DNA of 20,681 nucleotides from a candidate division WOR-3 bacterium (GTDB lineage Bacteria; Hydrothermota; Tepidihabitantia; Tepidihabitantales; DTDR01): NCBI GenBank assembly GCA_039801885.1, contig JBDRVN010000032.1, positions 1 to 20,681 of the forward strand, read 5' to 3'. Shown piece by piece: positions 16,429 to 20,681 of this stretch (position 1 is its first letter; each line of letters starts with the position of its first letter). The notes under the pieces were generated by a model. It saw only the letters and a program-made list of their open reading frames with translations, ran no database searches and was not told where the DNA came from. The position numbers and the translations under genes were made by a program.

Positions 16429-18163
16429 AGAACTGGCAAGAATTTTTGACACCATTGCTGATGCTTTAGAATATAAGGGTGAGTTACAATTCAAAGTTAT
16501 TGCCTACCGGAAAGCAGCAAGGGTATTGGAAGAATTAACCGAAGATATTGAAGAACTTTATAAAAAAGGGAAATTGCGTTCAATACCAGGAATTGGTGAA
16601 GGGATTGAAAAAAAGATAAAAGAATATTTGGAAACCGGTAAAATGAAAAAATATGAAGAAGCCTTAGAAGGAATTCCTGAAGGATTATTAGAACTTCTAT
16701 CAATTCAAAATCTTGGTCCAAAAACATTGGCTTTAGCACACAAAGAACTTGGTGTGAAAAATTTAGAAGACCTAAAAAGAGTGATTGAAAATGGCTCATT
16801 GGCAAAATTATTTAGAATGGGTGAGAAAAAGGTTGAAAATATTAAAAAAGGTATTGAGTTATATGAACAATCACAAGCAAGAATACCAATTGATACCGCC
16901 TTAGAAATTGCCGAAAATGTTGTGGAATATTTAAAGAGAAATAAAAAAGTAAAAGAAGTTTGCCCATCAGGCTCTTTAAGAAGATGGAAAGAGACAATTG
17001 GTGATATTGATATTCTTGTCACCTGTGACGATAAAGATAGAGAAGAAATAATTGAATATTTTACTAAGTATCCAAAAGTATCAAGAATTCTTGCTGCTGG
17101 CGAAACAAAGGCATCAGTAATGATTGGTGAAGGTAAAGAAGCAAGACAGGTAGATATAAGAATTGTACCGGAAGAATCCTATGGTGCTGCCCTACAATAT
17201 TTTACCGGTTCAAAAGCCCATAATATTAAACTAAGAAGTATCGCCAAAGATAAAGGGTTAAAAATTTCTGAATACGGTGTCTTTAAAAGAGATAAAATGA
17301 TTGCTGGTAGAACCGAAGAAGAGGTATATAAAGCAATTGGTTTAGTTTGGATTCCGCCGGAATTAAGAGAAGACCGCGGCGAAATTGAAGCAGCCCAAAA
17401 GGGTGAATTGCCAAAATTAATTGAATTAAAAGATATAAAAGGAGACTTCCAAATACATACAACTTATTCTGATGGTTTAGACGAATTAGAGACAATGATT
17501 AATGCCTGCCGAAAAATTGGTTATCAATATATTGCGATAACTGACCATTCTAAATTTGCTAAATATGCTCATGGTTTAGATGAAGAAAGACTAAGAAAAG
17601 AATGGGAAGAGATAGATAAATTTTCTAAAAAATATAAAGATATAAAAATCTTAAAAGGAATTGAAGTAGATATTTTACCGGATGGCGGCTTAGATTTTTC
17701 TGATGAAATATTAAAAGAATGCGATATTGTTGTTGCTGCTATTCATCAAGGGTTTAAAAAGAAGGTTACCGAAAGATTAATTGAAGCAATTAAAAATCCC
17801 TATGTCCATATCATTGCCCATCCCCAAGGAAGATTAATTTCTAAAAGAGAAGGATATGAGGTAGATATTGAAGAGGTTTTAAAATATGCTCAAAAATATA
17901 ATAAAGTTTTAGAACTTAATGCCTATCCAGATAGACTTGATTTAGACGAATTACATTTAAGAAAAGCAAAATCAATGGGAATAAAAATTGCTATAAATAC
18001 CGATGCTCACGCCGTTAAAGATTTAGAATGGATGCGATTTGGCGTCGGTATTGCAAGAAGAGGATGGTTAGAAAAAGAAGATGTTATCAACACCTGGGAT
18101 TATAATAAACTTATCAAATTTTTGAAAACGATAACCAACAAAATAACTGCTAATGTTATATAA
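16415..18163 (+). CDS. polX: DNA polymerase X / PHP 3'-5' exonuclease fusion
   Basis: 582 aa. AYRKAA, IPGIGEGI, LGPK, GSLRR.KETIGDIDIL, VDIR (three catalytic Asp intact), YFTGSKAHN, LSEYG-like ISEYG, IPPELRED. PHP motifs QIHTTYSDG, TDHS, GIEVD, AHP, ELN, TDAH. Confidence 0.96.
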   Translation: MSKNKELARIFDTIADALEYKGELQFKVIAYRKAARVLEELTEDIEELYKKGKLRSIPGIGEGIEKKIKEYLETGKMKKYEEALEGIPEGLLELLSIQNLGPKTLALAHKELGVKNLEDLKRVIENGSLAKLFRMGEKKVENIKKGIELYEQSQARIPIDTALEIAENVVEYLKRNKKVKEVCPSGSLRRWKETIGDIDILVTCDDKDREEIIEYFTKYPKVSRILAAGETKASVMIGEGKEARQVDIRIVPEESYGAALQYFTGSKAHNIKLRSIAKDKGLKISEYGVFKRDKMIAGRTEEEVYKAIGLVWIPPELREDRGEIEAAQKGELPKLIELKDIKGDFQIHTTYSDGLDELETMINACRKIGYQYIAITDHSKFAKYAHGLDEERLRKEWEEIDKFSKKYKDIKILKGIEVDILPDGGLDFSDEILKECDIVVAAIHQGFKKKVTERLIEAIKNPYVHIIAHPQGRLISKREGYEVDIEEVLKYAQKYNKVLELNAYPDRLDLDELHLRKAKSMGIKIAINTDAHAVKDLEWMRFGVGIARRGWLEKEDVINTWDYNKLIKFLKTITNKITANVI

Positions 18164-19130
18164 ACAAGCCGGTGTTGATATTGATCGATTATCTCTAATA
18201 AAAAAATTTATAAAAAAAGAAGCAAGAAAAACAAAAACTCCTTTTGTCTTATCGGATATCGGTCTTTTTGGCTCCCTTTTTGAATTAAAAAATTATAAAA
18301 ATCCAGTTCTTGTTGGCAGTGTTGATGGAGTAGGTACAAAAATTTTAATTGCTTGCCAAATGAATAAACATAAAGGAATTGGTGAAGATATTGTTAATCA
18401 TTGTGTGAATGATATTCTAACAATCGGTGCTAAACCATTATTCTTCTTAGATTATATTGCCTTTAGTAAAATTGAGGAAAGAGTTATTAAAGAAGTGATA
18501 ATTGGAATAAGAAGGGCGTGTAAATATAATAACTTAGCATTAGTAGGTGGTGAACTTGCCCAGATGCCTGATTTCTATCCAAAAGATGTTTATGATTTGG
18601 TTGGTTTTATTATCGGTGTGTGTGAGAAAGAAGATATTATTGACGGCAAAAAAATAAAAGAAGGAGATATAATTTTAGGTCTTCCCTCTTCTGGGCTCCA
18701 TACCAATGGTTATTCATTAGTTAGAAAAATATTTAAAAAATTTAATATAAAAATAAAAGGCTTAAAAAGAAAACTTGGCGATGAATTATTAATTCCTCAT
18801 AAAAGTTATTTAAAAGAAATTTTTCCCTATCTAAAAGAGATAAAAGGAATTGCCCATATTACTGGTGGTGGATTTTATGAAAACATAAAAAGGATTTTAC
18901 CAAAAGGTCTTTCCTGCATAATTTACAAAAAAACTTGGGAATTTCCCAAGATATTTAAAATTATCCAAAAATATGGAAATATTCCCGAAGAAGAGATGTA
19001 TAAAGTTTTTAATATGGGAATGGGCATAGTTTTAATTGTTGAAAAAGATAGCAAGATTATAGGAAAAATAAAAGAAGCAAAAATTATTGGTAAAGTTATA
19101 AAAGATAATTTTGGAGTTAAAATAGAGTAA
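18153..19130 (+). CDS. purM: Phosphoribosylformylglycinamidine cyclo-ligase (AIR synthase)
   Basis: YKQAGVDI, DGVGTK, HCVNDI, PLFFLDY, GGELAQMP, SSGLHTNGYSL, AHITGGG, FNMGMG. Confidence 0.96.
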   Translation: MLYKQAGVDIDRLSLIKKFIKKEARKTKTPFVLSDIGLFGSLFELKNYKNPVLVGSVDGVGTKILIACQMNKHKGIGEDIVNHCVNDILTIGAKPLFFLDYIAFSKIEERVIKEVIIGIRRACKYNNLALVGGELAQMPDFYPKDVYDLVGFIIGVCEKEDIIDGKKIKEGDIILGLPSSGLHTNGYSLVRKIFKKFNIKIKGLKRKLGDELLIPHKSYLKEIFPYLKEIKGIAHITGGGFYENIKRILPKGLSCIIYKKTWEFPKIFKIIQKYGNIPEEEMYKVFNMGMGIVLIVEKDSKIIGKIKEAKIIGKVIKDNFGVKIE

Positions 19131-19150
19131 AATTATGATATTGATAATAC

Positions 19151-20455
19151 CTACATTTTTAACCAGATACGAAGTTTTGGCAAAAGAAAATAGAAAGCAG
19201 GAGCAAGTATAAACAATAGAATAATTCTTATCCACCAAGATAAGTTAGCTTCAAATACATCAAGGATTGCCCAAGCGGAAAGAATTCCAACTAAGAAATT
19301 AGTAAATCTATCCCATTGACTATCTCTTATTTCGGCTATTTTATAGAGAAAATCTAATGTAGAATCGCCGGTTTCTTTTGTCAGCCAATAGAAATTTAAA
19401 TTCATATTTAATTGTTCTTTGGTAGATTTTATATCTTTCGTCCAAAAATCAACTAAAGAGTTATTTTTCTCACGCAAAGAACTTTCTCCTAAAAGTTTCT
19501 CTATTCCTTCTAATAAAACTTCAATCTCTTTTATATATCCTTTAAGGATAGCAAGATTTTGAACATAACCGGTAAGAACTTGGCTTAATTCTACAGTACT
19601 TGCTTCCATCCTTTTTAAAATATTAATATCTTTTTCATTTCTTTTTAGTTCCACCTCTTTTAAAGCCCGAATACATAAATCATTTATCTCCCGCTCTTCT
19701 CTATTAAGTTTATCTTGTAAGTCAAAATAAGATTTTAGAATATAAAAGAATTTGTAACGGTTTAAGAAAAGAAAAGGAAAAATCTTATGGACAAGTTTAG
19801 CTATCAACCATTTATTTTCATTCTCATCCCAATAAAGAATTATCGGGTTCTCTTTCTCACTTTGGTTGATGGCTAAATATCCCCAATTAAATTTCAGAAT
19901 ATTAAATTCGTCTTCTGGATAACTAAGATATTTCATAATTTCTGAGGCAATTTTTCTTGCTTCTTGCTCTTCGCATTTTTCAATTTGGACTGCTGGATAA
20001 TAGGTTTCACCAATATAAACGTGACGACCACTCGGCTCTTTCTTCAATTTACCTGTATCTAAAAGTTCGTTTTTAAGTATTAAAAAAGAATTGGTTGAAT
20101 ATTCTCCTTCTAAAAGATAACTAATTTCTATTCGGACAGCATCATCGTAAGCACGAATTTCCAATTCTAATTTTAAATTTGGTTGATCGCCGCTTTTTAC
20201 TCCCGAATTCAATATCCGAATATCCTTAAATAAATTTTCTATTTTTTCATGGGCAAAAAGAAAATTCTCTGTTTCGTTTAAAAATTTATCTACCTCTGCC
20301 TCGGGAAACAGTTCTTCCGGACTTACTTTTTCCCAAGATTCTAAAAAGAAATTTCTGATTGCTTCTTTATGCCATTCAAATTCCTCTTTTTTTTCCAATG
20401 AATGCCAACGAAAAAGAAAAATAAATTGATATAAGGTTGGGTCTTTAATGAGCAC
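19151..20455 (-). CDS. Uncharacterised protein: alpha/beta N-terminal domain, long helical stalk, two C-terminal TM helices (CATRA/CorA-like architecture, tentative)
   Basis: 434 aa, GTG start. Heptad-like helices at about aa 240-385, then FTNFLVGILSAWAILDVF and WWIRIILLFILAPAFYFLL. No CorA GMN motif. Confidence 0.65.
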   Translation of the reverse strand: MLIKDPTLYQFIFLFRWHSLEKKEEFEWHKEAIRNFFLESWEKVSPEELFPEAEVDKFLNETENFLFAHEKIENLFKDIRILNSGVKSGDQPNLKLELEIRAYDDAVRIEISYLLEGEYSTNSFLILKNELLDTGKLKKEPSGRHVYIGETYYPAVQIEKCEEQEARKIASEIMKYLSYPEDEFNILKFNWGYLAINQSEKENPIILYWDENENKWLIAKLVHKIFPFLFLNRYKFFYILKSYFDLQDKLNREEREINDLCIRALKEVELKRNEKDINILKRMEASTVELSQVLTGYVQNLAILKGYIKEIEVLLEGIEKLLGESSLREKNNSLVDFWTKDIKSTKEQLNMNLNFYWLTKETGDSTLDFLYKIAEIRDSQWDRFTNFLVGILSAWAILDVFEANLSWWIRIILLFILAPAFYFLLPKLRIWLKM

Positions 20456-20464
20456 TCTTTAATT

Positions 20465-20681
20465 TTATTTTAATTCCTCGGCTTTTTTAACGATATTCTT
20501 TATTCGGTTAACAATTTCTTCTTCATATTTTTTTGAAGCAGAAATTTTGCCACTGGGAATATCAGGAATCTCCTCAGGCTGATAAGTTTCTAATGCGCTT
20601 GGTATTCCCCTTATGATAAAACGGATTCTCGTATTAAACCCTTCTAAAAGACCACAAGTATATTCATATTTTTTAAGAAGC
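20465..20681 (-). CDS. Partial CDS (3' end) of an unknown protein, probably co-transcribed with the 434-aa gene
   Basis: Frame is open from the window edge: ..LLKKYEYTCGLLEGFNTRIRFIIRGIPSALETYQPEEIPDIPSGKISASKKYEEEIVNRIKNIVKKAEELK*. Stop at 20465-20467, 9 nt before the next GTG. Not in the ORF track because its start lies outside the window. Confidence 0.7.
   Translation of the reverse strand, partial: LLKKYEYTCGLLEGFNTRIRFIIRGIPSALETYQPEEIPDIPSGKISASKKYEEEIVNRIKNIVKKAEELK

Noticed and set aside
17440-17480. PolX PHP motif I reads QIH rather than HxH, suggesting an inactive nuclease
   Set aside because: As I recall, active Thermus PolX also has Gln at this position, and the other PHP ligands (TDHS, E, H, TDAH) are intact.
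19131-19150. Terminator between convergent purM and the 434-aa gene
   Set aside because: The gap is only 20 bp with no GC-rich hairpin. I saw no convincing intrinsic terminator, CRISPR array or riboswitch anywhere in the window.
656-19238. Short alternative-frame ORFs in the track (656-847, 1968-2195, 2111-2296, 2398-2625, 3523-3780, 4314-4532, 5378-5599, 12168-12524, 16497-16805, 16705-17022, 17283-17495, 19032-19238)
   Set aside because: All overlap well-supported genes antisense or out of frame, and none has recognisable motifs. Treated as shadow ORFs.

Overview
AT-rich, gene-dense chromosomal segment from a diderm bacterium, probably an anaerobic, thermophilic peptide fermenter. The secreted Kelch-like propeller with a T9SS-type C-terminal domain resembles candidate phylum WOR-3/FCB proteins; this assignment is inference only. 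Gene order: tspO and a stand-alone RsmF-C/NIP7-like PUA gene (minus strand); gdhA-nfnA-nfnB, two stand-alone RAM/AsnC domain genes and ddl; tRNA-Ala(GGC), TPR lipoprotein, HNH protein, Omp85 protein and uppP; proS, serine palmitoyltransferase-like gene and a GNAT gene (candidate bacterial ceramide synthase); secreted propeller protein, 74-aa protein, polX and purM. At the right end is a convergent uncharacterised membrane-protein locus cut by the window edge. Most notable: (1) a translationally coupled spt-bCerS-like pair suggesting ceramide synthesis; (2) GDH-Nfn co-encoded with tandem HTH-less RAM sensor proteins; (3) three genes with promoter geometry implying leaderless mRNAs; (4) a possible CATRA-like conflict system at the right edge; (5) a small DUF6504-like protein coupled to PolX. 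Family assignments come from recognised motifs and recalled sequences; no searches were run.
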